Origin: Candidatus Anderseniibacteriota bacterium
Lineage (GTDB): Bacteria; Patescibacteriota; Andersenbacteria; UBA10190
Length of the DNA: 64,000 nucleotides
Direction: 5' to 3'
NCBI GenBank assembly: GCA_040900375.1
Contig: JBBDZC010000008.1
Span: forward strand, 66,182 to 130,181
The notes under the pieces are model-generated. The model saw nothing but the letters and a program-made list of their open reading frames with translations. It was not told where the DNA came from and did no database searches. The position numbers and the translations under genes are program-made. Shown piece by piece: positions 54,614 to 64,000 of this stretch; positions within the stretch are counted from its first letter, which is position 1, and each line of letters begins with the position of its first letter.

Positions 54614-56601
54614 AGTTTATTTTTCTTACCGGCATTATGCAGCTGGCGAATCATATCACGTAATTCTGCCGCTCGTTCAAATTCTAAGTTGCGCGCGGCT
54701 AATTCCATTTTGCTCGACAGCTCCTTAAGGGCTCGCTTGCGTTCGTCAGGGGGAATGTCGTCCAGGGATGGCATCTCGTACTCTTCGCGGCGCTTGCCGG
54801 CGAGGCGACTATCGCGAACGGCTTTCACAATGGAGCGAGGGGTGATGCCATGGTCTTGGTTGAACTGCTGTTGTACGGCCCGCCGCCGCTCTGTTTCCTC
54901 GATGGCGACCTTCATCGAACCCGTAATTTTATCGGCGTACATGAGCACTCGGCCATCAAGATGGCGAGCGGCGCGACCCATGATCTGCACCAGCGAGGTA
55001 CTGCTGCGTAAATACCCTTCTTTGTCGGCATCCATAATCGCGATGAGGGATACTTCGGGTAGATCAAGGCCTTCTCGCAAAAGGTTAATACCGACTAGGA
55101 CATCGTACGTGCCAAGGCGCAATTCGCGTAAAATTTCTAGGCGTTCAAAGGTGTCAATATCCGCGTGGAGATATGTCGCTTTCTTACCCATTTCTACGAG
55201 GTACGTTGCCAACTCCTCGGCCATGCGTTTCGTCAACGTGGTGACGAGCACACGCTGCTGTTTGTTAATGCGCTGCTCAATTTCATCAATGACATCGTCA
55301 ATTTGGCCCTGGGTCGGGCGCACTTCTACTTGGGGATCAAGTAAGCCGGTGGGCCGGACAATTTGCTCGACCACCTGGCGCCCGGTGGCGCGCTCATAAT
55401 CAGCGGGGGTCGCGGAAACAAAAATAGTCTGGGAAATTTTGTCTTCAAACTCATTAAATTTAAGCGGCCGGTTATCCAAAGCGCTTGGTAGGCGAAAACC
55501 GTGCTCAATTAATACTGCCTTACGCGCTTTATCGCCAGCATACATGCCCCCGATCTGGGGGATGGTCATATGAGATTCGTCAATAAAAGTGAGGAAATTA
55601 TTGCCGAAAGCATACCGGAAGTAATCCAGTAATGTAGCGCTGGGTTGGCCTGGAGCGCGGCCATCTAAATGACGAGAATAATTTTCAATCCCCGAGACAA
55701 AGCCCAGCTGCTCGATCATTTCCAAATCATAGGTGGTTCTTTCCTGAATTCGTTGGGCTTCGAGCAGTTTTCCTCGGGCGGTGAAGTGGTTAATCTGTTC
55801 TTTAAGCTCGGCCTGGATATTACCGAGAGCGGCTTGCATGCTGGCGGGTGAGGTAATGTAAAATGTGGCGGGAAAGATAGCGGCCTGCTCCACGGAACGG
55901 ATGACTTCGCTGGTCAGGTGATCAAGGTAGTGGAGTTGTTCGAGGCGCGGGCCAAAAAATTCGAGACGTAAAATAGTTTCTTCGCCGGCAGGATGAATAT
56001 CCACGACATCGCCACGCACGCGGAATGTGCCGCGGGTTAAATCAGTATCATTGCGAGTGTATTGGAGTCGGGTTAAATGCCGCAGCAGCTCTGCTCGTCC
56101 CAGCGTCTGGCCCCTAACAACGGCCAGGCGTGATTCCAAGTAGTCACGGGGCGCGCCGATGCCATAGATGCAGGAGACGGAGGCCACCACGATGACGTCG
56201 CGACGGGTCAGTAAGGACTCCATAGCGGCGTGCCGCAGGCGATCAATCTCTTCATTGATATTGGCATCCTTAGCAATGTACGTATCGGTGCGGGGAATAT
56301 AGGCTTCGGGCTGGTAGTAGTCATAGTATGAGACAAAGTACTCTACGGCATTATCAGGAAAGAACTCTTTGAACTCGGCGGCCAATTGGGCGGTGAGAGT
56401 TTTGTTGTGGCTCATCACCAGTGTGGGTTTCTGCAGGGCAGCAATCACATTGGACATGGTGAAAGTCTTCCCCGAGCCAGTCGTGCCCATGAGAGTTTGC
56501 CGGCTATCTCCCCGGCGAAGACCAGCCACCAGCTGCGCAATAGCTTGCGGTTGGTGCCCGGCTGGCTGGTAGGGGGCTTGGAGAGTGAATTTTTTTGGCA
56601 C
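54610..56601 (-). CDS. uvrB: Excinuclease ABC subunit B
   Basis: The 663 aa product has helicase motifs (GTTGSGKTFT, DESH), a beta-hairpin and a C-terminal UvrB/C interaction domain. Confidence 0.95.
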   Translation of the reverse strand: MPKKFTLQAPYQPAGHQPQAIAQLVAGLRRGDSRQTLMGTTGSGKTFTMSNVIAALQKPTLVMSHNKTLTAQLAAEFKEFFPDNAVEYFVSYYDYYQPEAYIPRTDTYIAKDANINEEIDRLRHAAMESLLTRRDVIVVASVSCIYGIGAPRDYLESRLAVVRGQTLGRAELLRHLTRLQYTRNDTDLTRGTFRVRGDVVDIHPAGEETILRLEFFGPRLEQLHYLDHLTSEVIRSVEQAAIFPATFYITSPASMQAALGNIQAELKEQINHFTARGKLLEAQRIQERTTYDLEMIEQLGFVSGIENYSRHLDGRAPGQPSATLLDYFRYAFGNNFLTFIDESHMTIPQIGGMYAGDKARKAVLIEHGFRLPSALDNRPLKFNEFEDKISQTIFVSATPADYERATGRQVVEQIVRPTGLLDPQVEVRPTQGQIDDVIDEIEQRINKQQRVLVTTLTKRMAEELATYLVEMGKKATYLHADIDTFERLEILRELRLGTYDVLVGINLLREGLDLPEVSLIAIMDADKEGYLRSSTSLVQIMGRAARHLDGRVLMYADKITGSMKVAIEETERRRAVQQQFNQDHGITPRSIVKAVRDSRLAGKRREEYEMPSLDDIPPDERKRALKELSSKMELAARNLEFERAAELRDMIRQLHNAGKKNKL

Positions 56602-56678
56602 GCTTCGAGCTTACTGGGGCAGCCGCCAGCCTTCAAGTCTAGGTAGCTTCGACTAGTTTTTTGCCGTACGCTACAGAT

Positions 56679-57257
56679 ATGATTGCGCGATTGACCGGCC
56701 AGGTCTTAGAGCAAGAAGCCAAAGCCCTCATTGTTGATGTCCAGGGCATAGGCTACCGAGTAATGGTCCTCAAAACTCTGCACGAAAAGGCGCAAGTGGG
56801 TGCGGTAGTCAACCTTTATACCCACCACCAGGTTACAGATGAGTCACAGGCGCTCTACGGTTTTATCAGCCGGGAAGAACTGCAGTTTTTTGAGCTGCTA
56901 CTGATTGTGCCTTCCGTGGGGCCGCGCACTGCCATGAGTATTTTAGAAATAGCGCCGCCCGCAACCCTCGCCCAGGCTGTTCATAACAATGATACGGTGT
57001 TGCTGACGCGCGTCTCGGGGATTGGCCGTAAAACTGCGGAACGAATTGTGGTGGAATTGCGGGGAAAGTTACCGCAGCTGGCTGGGGCGGGAGTAGCGGG
57101 TAGGATTCAGCACGAGACTATCACCGCGCTCACCGGTATTGGCTACTCACCGGCTGTCGCGCGGGAGTTAGTGAAAAAGTTACCGTCAGACATTACCAGC
57201 GTCGAAGCTGCGGTGCGCGCGGTGCTCAAGGAAAAAGTCGCGCATAATGCCCGGTAA
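56679..57257 (+). CDS. ruvA: Holliday junction branch-migration protein RuvA
   Basis: The N-terminus reads MIARLTGQV…VDVQGIGYRV, followed by HhH motifs. I chose the ATG at 56679. Confidence 0.85.
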   Translation: MIARLTGQVLEQEAKALIVDVQGIGYRVMVLKTLHEKAQVGAVVNLYTHHQVTDESQALYGFISREELQFFELLLIVPSVGPRTAMSILEIAPPATLAQAVHNNDTVLLTRVSGIGRKTAERIVVELRGKLPQLAGAGVAGRIQHETITALTGIGYSPAVARELVKKLPSDITSVEAAVRAVLKEKVAHNAR

Positions 57258-57260
57258 ACT

Positions 57261-58280
57261 ATGGTGAGAAGTCTCGGGGAGCTTAACCCGCAAACTTGGA
57301 ATGATTTTGTTGCCGCGCAGCCGCGAGCATCTTTTTTGCAATCGTGGGAGTGGGGTGACATGCAGCAGTCTGCCGGACTATCGCGGTGGCGCCTGGTAAC
57401 CCTTGCCCAGCAGCAGTTGCAGGGAGTCGCTCTTGTCCTCAAACGGGCTTTGCCCGGCGGGTACTCGTGGCTGTATGTTCCCCGCGGCCCCGTGTTTGCC
57501 GGATCACTTCCGACAGCGGCAGTGTGGCTTAATTTAGAAAAGCAACTGATCCAGCTCGCCCAGACAGAGGCCGCGATGTTTGTCCGGGTGGAGCCGCTCT
57601 GGTCAGCGGCGCAGACCCAGCTCTTGCAACGCCACCAGTGGCGAGGAGCGGAGCATGATGTGCAGCCACGCCACACGTTGCTACTTGATCTTAGGCAAAC
57701 AGCTTCCGCCTTACTGGCGGCGATGCACCATAAAACCCGTTACAATATTCGTTTGGCCGAGAAGCGAGGTGTCCAGGTACGTTTTTCTACCGCTCCTGCT
57801 GACCTCGAAACCTTTATTCGACTCTCTTACGACGTGGAAGAGCGTTCCGTTTTTCGGTACCATCCACCCGACTACTACCGCGCGATGCACAACGCTCTCT
57901 CGCCGAGCGGGCTGTTTGCAATAGCAATTGCCGAGCTGGCGGGGACAACGTTAGCTGCCCACATTCTGATCAGTTTTGGGGATACCGTAACCTATGTTCA
58001 TGGTGCTAGTAGTTCCCATGAGCGACAATCTATGGCGCCGCACCTGCTCCAGTGGGCATCCATTCAGTGGGCCCAAGCGGCCGGTAAGGCGACCTATGAT
58101 TTTTTTGGGGTGGCGCCACCGGGCGCCCCTAGCGATCATCCCTGGGCAGGCATTACTCGTTTTAAGGAAAGTTTTGGCGGACGGCGGGTGAGTTACCTTG
58201 GAGCCTACGACTATGTTGTGCAGCCGCAGCACTACTCGGCCTTTACACTTGCGAGGCGCCTGCGTAGATTGTGGCGATGA
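57261..58280 (+). CDS. FemAB-family peptidoglycan aminoacyltransferase
   Basis: The product contains FLQSWEWGDMQ plus GNAT-like halves typical of FemAB/FemX. Confidence 0.75.
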   Translation: MVRSLGELNPQTWNDFVAAQPRASFLQSWEWGDMQQSAGLSRWRLVTLAQQQLQGVALVLKRALPGGYSWLYVPRGPVFAGSLPTAAVWLNLEKQLIQLAQTEAAMFVRVEPLWSAAQTQLLQRHQWRGAEHDVQPRHTLLLDLRQTASALLAAMHHKTRYNIRLAEKRGVQVRFSTAPADLETFIRLSYDVEERSVFRYHPPDYYRAMHNALSPSGLFAIAIAELAGTTLAAHILISFGDTVTYVHGASSSHERQSMAPHLLQWASIQWAQAAGKATYDFFGVAPPGAPSDHPWAGITRFKESFGGRRVSYLGAYDYVVQPQHYSAFTLARRLRRLWR

Positions 58281-59464
58281 GCAGGTGGCAACAACTCAAG
58301 AATATCTACCACTTCGGTCAGGCCCAAGCGTGGCGTTGGTGGTATGGTCGCCCGGACCGGGGGTTACATCTCTATGGCATTACGGGCACCAATGGCAAAA
58401 CAACAACTTCGTATATCTTGGCCAGCATATTGGCGGCGGCGTATGGTCGAAAGCACGTGGGGCTGCTGACCACCGTAGCTTTTTGGGTGGGAGAGGACGA
58501 GATTATTAATGCAACAAAAATGACGACGCTGCCGAGTCGCCTCATCTTTTTTTATCTGTGGCGTATGCGCCGGGCAGGTGTTAGCCACGTCGTGATGGAA
58601 ATCACTTCTCACGCACTGGATCAGCATCGGCTGGCAGGCGTCTTGCTGGCGGGTGGGATTGTTCTCAATATTAGCCGTGAGCACTTAGACTACCACCGCA
58701 CGATGACGGCCTACGCCGCGGCGAAAGAGCGTCTCCTCAACTACTTGGCAGATGGCGCCCCCTTGGTTGGCAAAGAAGATGATCCGTACGTCAGCCGAAT
58801 TTTGACTGCCGCGCGTGAGAGCAGCCGGCAAGTTATTCCTTTTACGGCTGTCCAAGCCCACGCGGTGGCAACTCCCTTGCCGGGAGAGGTTAATCGCGAA
58901 AATGCCTTAGCCGCGACGCTCTTGGCCCAAGCTTGCCGCGTGCCGGCGGCGGCAATTGCGGCAGGCATAGCGGCGGTAAAAAATGTGCCTGGCCGGATGG
59001 AGTGGTTGGCGCTTAAGAATGGCGTGCAGGTGCTGATTGATTATGCGGTAACCCCGGGTGCCTTGACCGCTCTCTACCGCGATGTGCGGGCGACAACCAA
59101 GGGAAAAATCTATGCGGTCTTAGGGGCGGCGGGGCAGCGTGATCGAGGCAAGCGCCCCGCGATGGCGGCAGCTGTGGCTACGTATGCGGACGAAATTGTG
59201 TTGACGCGCGAAGATCCTTGGCGGGAAAATGAGGAACAGATTTTTTCTGATTTAGAGCGAGGCTTACAGACTACTGATAAGTCCTGGCGGCGCATTGTGG
59301 ATCGCACGGCGGCGCTGCGGTATTGTCTGCAGCGAGCCCAGGCCGGTGATGTGATCGTGGCGACGGGCAAGGGGGCAGAGCGCGGCATGGGTATTGGGAG
59401 CAAGGTCATACCGTGGCATGAGAAAACCGTGATCGGACAATTAGCGGAAGAACTGGGACAGTAA
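58271..59464 (+). CDS. Mur ligase family protein (MurE-like, lacking the usual N-terminal domain)
   Basis: The P-loop GITGTNGKTTTS lies near residue 40. Mur ligase central and C-terminal domains are present. Confidence 0.7.
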   Translation: MAMSRWQQLKNIYHFGQAQAWRWWYGRPDRGLHLYGITGTNGKTTTSYILASILAAAYGRKHVGLLTTVAFWVGEDEIINATKMTTLPSRLIFFYLWRMRRAGVSHVVMEITSHALDQHRLAGVLLAGGIVLNISREHLDYHRTMTAYAAAKERLLNYLADGAPLVGKEDDPYVSRILTAARESSRQVIPFTAVQAHAVATPLPGEVNRENALAATLLAQACRVPAAAIAAGIAAVKNVPGRMEWLALKNGVQVLIDYAVTPGALTALYRDVRATTKGKIYAVLGAAGQRDRGKRPAMAAAVATYADEIVLTREDPWRENEEQIFSDLERGLQTTDKSWRRIVDRTAALRYCLQRAQAGDVIVATGKGAERGMGIGSKVIPWHEKTVIGQLAEELGQ

Positions 59465-59471
59465 CTCCTCT

Positions 59472-59861
59472 ATGTTGTCGTCTACCCCCTCATGGATTTT
59501 AGTGCTTGATACCTCGCGGCCCGAAGCGCAAGTTATGTTGCTTAAAGATAATCAGATCATCGGTGAGCGGCACTGGGAAAATACCCGGGCTCTGGGGCGT
59601 CAGCTGCTGGCGCAGATTGATAGTCTTCTGCGCGAGCACCAACTAGTCTTATCTGATCTGCAGCGCATTGCGGTGGTGCGTGGCCCCGGTCATTATTCAG
59701 CTGTCCGCGTCGGGGTGGTGACAGCGACGATGCTGGCGTATGCCCAGGGTGTTCCCCTGCTTGCCCTCACCAGCCAAGATCAGACACTATTATTACAGCA
59801 GGTGGTCACTGCCGAGCCTGTTGACCATGTTCAGCCAGTCTATAAGCCTTATCGCTCATGA
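59472..59861 (+). CDS. tsaB: Truncated-type TsaB (YeaZ), N-terminal ASKHA half only
   Basis: The product reads ILVLDTSRPEAQVML…VVRGPGHYSAVRVGVVTATMLAYAQGVPLL. Confidence 0.6.
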   Translation: MLSSTPSWILVLDTSRPEAQVMLLKDNQIIGERHWENTRALGRQLLAQIDSLLREHQLVLSDLQRIAVVRGPGHYSAVRVGVVTATMLAYAQGVPLLALTSQDQTLLLQQVVTAEPVDHVQPVYKPYRS

Positions 59862-59909
59862 TTTTCTGTACTGACCAGTCTTTAAGTGTAGCCCTGCTGA
59901 CTCATTTTC

Positions 59910-59939
59910 TTGACAACATCGCTGATTGTCCTCTATAAT
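59910..59939 (+). promoter_or_regulatory. Sigma-70-type promoter (TTGACA-N18-TATAAT) for rpoBC, with a leader of about 260 nt
   Basis: TTGACA is at 59910-59915 and TATAAT at 59934-59939. Confidence 0.5.
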
Positions 59940-60208
59940 TTTCTTTATCGTCTTAGACGAGCTCGATTTGTGTGCATCAACCATATATTTCAGTACACCA
60001 TCATAACGGCAGGGCAGTCTTTTTAAGCCCTGTTGAGAGGATATTTCTCCGCTATGCTGTGTGGTACTGATAGTGACCAAAGTTTTCCACAAGACTTTTG
60101 CATGAATAACATTGGCGCCTCTGTTACCTATTGTCGTAATGACAATAGGTTGCCTGTGGTGAAGCGGCCCTATTGAGTTTTACTTTAAGTAGGGACTTAT
60201 TTTTGTTT

Positions 60209-63200
60209 ATGGCAAAAGCAAATTCACGCAAACTGATCAATTTGCGAGAACGTAAAACTTTCTCTGACGACGCGACTAGCTTTATCGAAACTCCCGATCT
60301 TTTGACGGCCCAGCTTGAATCCAATGCCTGGTTTTTTGAAGATGGTTTAGGCGAGCTCTTTGCGGAAATTTCCCCGATCGAAGACTACGGGGGCAACCTT
60401 GAGCTTCATTTTCTCGATCACTATTTAGATGCACCTAAGCATACCGAAGAAACTGCCCGGGATCGCAATGCTACCTATGAAGCACCGATTCGTTGTGCGG
60501 TGCGCCTGATTAACAAGAAAACTGGCGAGGTGAAAGAGCAGGAAGTGTACTTAGGTGAATTTCCTGTGATGACTCCCCGGGGAACCTTTATTATCAATGG
60601 AGTTGAACGAGTTGTTATTTCCCAATTAATTCGCTCGCCGGGCGTATTTTTCACGGCGACATATGCTAAGGGACGCAGCTGGTACGGCGCGAAAGTTATT
60701 CCCAATCGGGGCGCCTGGCTCGAAATTGAAACGGCCACAGACGGTGCTCTCTATGTCAAAATTGATCGCAAGCGCAAAGTGGCGGTGACGTCTCTCTTGC
60801 GCGCGATGGGCGTCGAGACCAACGAGAAGATCAAGGAATTATTTGCGGATCTTGATGTTGATCCCGAGGTTTCGTATCTCCAGGCTACGTTGGCCAAGGA
60901 CGCAGCCACCACGCAGGCGGAGGGACTTAAAGAGGTCTACAAACGTCTCCGCCCTGGTGATATGGCCACTGTTGATAATGCGCGCCAAATGATTCACGAC
61001 ATGTTTTTTCGTTTTGATCGCTATGACTTTGGCAAAGTCGGTCGCCATCGTCTCAATCAACGTTTGAATTTACAGGTTTCAGAAGAGCCGGCCCACCGCA
61101 CCCTGCGGGTTGAGGATTTAGTGGCGGTGATCCGCGAAGTGATTCGTTTGAATCGCAGCCAAGAAGAGGCTGATGATATTGATCACTTAGGCAATCGCCG
61201 CGTCCGCGCGATTGGCGAGCTGATTCAGAACAAGTTTCGGGTGGGGCTCATGCGCATGGAGCGCATCGCCAAAGACCGGATGAGCACGCTCGACTTGGAA
61301 CAGGTTACGCCGTCCCAACTTATTAACGCCCGGCCCATTATCGCGGCGATCAAGGAATTCTTTGCGAGCTCCCAGTTATCGCAGTTCATGGATCAAACGA
61401 ATATTCTCTCCGAGGTTGAGCACAAGCGTCGTCTTTCGGCGATGGGTCCGGGTGGACTCGACCGCAACCGCGCCGGTTTTGAAGTGCGGGACGTCCACCG
61501 CAGCCACTATGGCCGCATTTGTCCGATTCAGACGCCGGAGGGGCCGAACATTGGCTTGGTCGGACACATGGCGCTCTACGCCCGGCTCAACGAGTATGGT
61601 TTTCTCGAAACACCATACCGCAAAGTGGTGCAGGGGCGCGTAACTGGTACCGTGGAATATCTCGATGCCTACCAGGAAGACAAAATGATTATTGCCCACG
61701 CGGGTGAACCTCTTAATGATGACGGCACCTTTGTGCACGAGCGGGTAGAGGTGCGTGAGCAAGGCCAGTTTGCCGAGGTGCCGGCCGAGCGCGTCAACTA
61801 TATGGATGTCTCGACCCAGCAGGCCGTGAGCGTGGCGGCGAGCCTCATTCCATTTATTGAGCACGACGATGCCCAGCGTTCACTGATGGGATCAAACATG
61901 CAACGTCAGGCAGTGGCTTCAGTGAAGCCAGAGGCGCCCCGGGTGGGTACGGGAATGGAAGCCCGGGCGGCAAAAGATTCAGGACGTGTCGTCGTCTCAA
62001 CGACTGACGGGACAGTGGCGGAGGTTGATGCCGGGCATATTACAATTGTGCCGAAAACGGGCGACAAAAAGATTTACCGTCTTCACAGCTTTGAGCGGTC
62101 TAATGCCTCAACTGCCATGACGCAACATCCGTTGGTGGAAAAAGGACAAACGGTGGTTGCCGGTCAGGTGATTGCTGATGGCTCATCCACTGACAAGGGG
62201 GAAATTGCCCTAGGGCAAAACTTAGTAGTGGCGTTTGTCCCCTGGTACGGCGGTAATTTTGAGGATGCTATTGTGGTTTCTGAACGCGTGGTGCAGCAGG
62301 ATCGCTACAGCTCGATCCACATTGAAGACTTTGTGCTGGACGTGCGAGATACAAAACTTGGTCCGGAAGTTATTACGCGCGATATTCCTAATGTCGGTGA
62401 AGAAAAGTTACGCAACTTAGGTGAAGATGGAATTGTCCGCATTGGCGCCGAGGTGCGGTCGGGCGATATTTTAGTTGGTAAGGTGACGAATAAAGGGGAA
62501 ACTGATTTGACGGCAGAAGAACGCCTGCTGCGGGCGATTTTTGGGGAGAAGGCTAAAGACGTCAAGGACACGTCGCTGTATCTACGCCACGGCGAGATGG
62601 GTAAAGTGATTGACCTCAAGACGTTTGCCCGCGAAGAGGGTGATAAACTGCCGAGTGGCGTAATCAAACAGGTGCAAGTGGGCGTAGCCCAACTGCGCAA
62701 ACTCCAAGTTGGTGATAAGTTTGCCGGACGTCACGGTAATAAAGGTGTCATCTCAAAGATCATGCCGGTTGAAGACATGCCCTACTTAGCTGATGGGACT
62801 CCAGTGGATATCGTGCTCAACCCCATGGGGGTGGCGAGCCGCATGAACATTGGCCAGATTCTGGAAACTCATCTCGGGATGGCGGCATACAAGATGGATT
62901 ACTTTGTAGCTTCGCCGCCTTTTGCGGGTGTGCCGGAAGAGCAGGTACGACAGCAGCTTCAGCAAGCCGGTTTGCCGGAGCATGGCAAAATTGAGGTCTT
63001 TGATGGTTTATCGGGCGAAAAATTTGATAATCCGGTAACAGTGGGGGTGATGTACATCTTAAAACTCCACCACTTAGTGGAAGATAAGATTCATATGCGG
63101 TCGACTGGCCCATACTCCTTAGTGACCCAACAGCCCTTAGGCGGCAAAGCCCAGTTTGGCGGCCAGCGTTTTGGCGAGATGGAAGTCTGGGCGCTCGAGG

Positions 63201-63475
63201 CCTATGGCGCCGCGTATAGTCTCCAAGAAATGCTGACGATTAAGTCCGATGATGTCTTTGGCCGCAGCAAGACGTATGAAGCAATTGTGAAGGGCGAAGA
63301 GATTACACCACCCCACGCGCCGGCGGCTTTTGATGTCTTAGTCCAAGAACTTAAAGGTTTAGCCCTCGACGTGGAACTCGTGGGTCAAAAGAAAGCGGGC
63401 GAAGCAATTCAGACAGAGCACGTGGGGGCCGAGCGCGCGCTCTCCCCGCGGCATAAGCGAGTGCGGATTCGTTAA
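60209..63475 (+). CDS. rpoB: DNA-directed RNA polymerase beta subunit
   Basis: The product is about 1,090 aa. Rif-cluster and catalytic regions are present (…GPNIGLV…). I chose the ATG at 60209; the ORF track start is a TTG at 60173. Confidence 0.95.
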   Translation: MAKANSRKLINLRERKTFSDDATSFIETPDLLTAQLESNAWFFEDGLGELFAEISPIEDYGGNLELHFLDHYLDAPKHTEETARDRNATYEAPIRCAVRLINKKTGEVKEQEVYLGEFPVMTPRGTFIINGVERVVISQLIRSPGVFFTATYAKGRSWYGAKVIPNRGAWLEIETATDGALYVKIDRKRKVAVTSLLRAMGVETNEKIKELFADLDVDPEVSYLQATLAKDAATTQAEGLKEVYKRLRPGDMATVDNARQMIHDMFFRFDRYDFGKVGRHRLNQRLNLQVSEEPAHRTLRVEDLVAVIREVIRLNRSQEEADDIDHLGNRRVRAIGELIQNKFRVGLMRMERIAKDRMSTLDLEQVTPSQLINARPIIAAIKEFFASSQLSQFMDQTNILSEVEHKRRLSAMGPGGLDRNRAGFEVRDVHRSHYGRICPIQTPEGPNIGLVGHMALYARLNEYGFLETPYRKVVQGRVTGTVEYLDAYQEDKMIIAHAGEPLNDDGTFVHERVEVREQGQFAEVPAERVNYMDVSTQQAVSVAASLIPFIEHDDAQRSLMGSNMQRQAVASVKPEAPRVGTGMEARAAKDSGRVVVSTTDGTVAEVDAGHITIVPKTGDKKIYRLHSFERSNASTAMTQHPLVEKGQTVVAGQVIADGSSTDKGEIALGQNLVVAFVPWYGGNFEDAIVVSERVVQQDRYSSIHIEDFVLDVRDTKLGPEVITRDIPNVGEEKLRNLGEDGIVRIGAEVRSGDILVGKVTNKGETDLTAEERLLRAIFGEKAKDVKDTSLYLRHGEMGKVIDLKTFAREEGDKLPSGVIKQVQVGVAQLRKLQVGDKFAGRHGNKGVISKIMPVEDMPYLADGTPVDIVLNPMGVASRMNIGQILETHLGMAAYKMDYFVASPPFAGVPEEQVRQQLQQAGLPEHGKIEVFDGLSGEKFDNPVTVGVMYILKLHHLVEDKIHMRSTGPYSLVTQQPLGGKAQFGGQRFGEMEVWALEAYGAAYSLQEMLTIKSDDVFGRSKTYEAIVKGEEITPPHAPAAFDVLVQELKGLALDVELVGQKKAGEAIQTEHVGAERALSPRHKRVRIR

Positions 63476-63480
63476 TTTAG

Positions 63481-64000
<520 letters not shown>

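Noticed and set aside
54689-55399. A 236 aa plus-strand ORF inside uvrB
   Set aside because: It is antisense to uvrB and has an Arg/Ser-rich low-complexity translation typical of noncoding frames.
57143-57676. A 177 aa minus-strand ORF spanning the ruvA/FemAB junction
   Set aside because: It is antisense to two well-supported genes and has no motif.

Overview
This 64 kb window spans a bacterial chromosomal replication origin and mixes housekeeping genes with several cell-surface loci. The origin core has the classic order yidC-yidD-rnpA-rpmH on the minus strand, then dnaA-dnaN-recF-DUF721 on the plus strand. rpmH (L34, 45 aa) is absent from the ORF track and was found by hand. DnaA-box-like motifs sit on both sides of dnaA. 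Housekeeping genes include a class A PBP, ruvC, ruvB, ruvA, uvrB, polA, uppP, tsaE, a half-size tsaB, holA, rpsT, truB, a yvcK-like gene, pilB, a FemAB-like gene, a Mur-ligase-like gene, rpoB and the 5' end of rpoC. Three loci stand out. (i) 35.0-42.8 kb: a SipW/Sec11-type signal peptidase whose C-terminus looks like its own substrate, a TasA/camelysin-like protein carrying a SipW-cognate signal motif, and two large secreted proteins built from an unrecognised 75-90 aa tandem repeat. The repeat is also present once in the peptidase tail, so the peptidase looks like a fused enzyme plus substrate. This is my best candidate for an undescribed surface-fibre or matrix system. (ii) 26.5-33.2 kb: an alginate- or glycosaminoglycan-like exopolysaccharide locus, with a short UDP-Glc/GDP-Man dehydrogenase, a processive GT2 synthase fused to LysM and a right-handed beta-helix, and two further beta-helix proteins. 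(iii) 9.2-12.1 kb: a RimK-type ATP-grasp fused to a retropepsin-like protease, next to a PKD-7TM protein (the Iyer/Aravind-type peptide-ligase cassette). Perfect 9-mer DnaA boxes (TTATCCACA) also occur outside the origin as inverted pairs just upstream of surface-protein genes, which is far more than chance allows. Many proteins are minimal in size (TsaB 129 aa, the dehydrogenase 317 aa, the Mur ligase 397 aa), which suggests a small-genome lineage. I found no tRNA, rRNA, CRISPR array or obvious mobile element.
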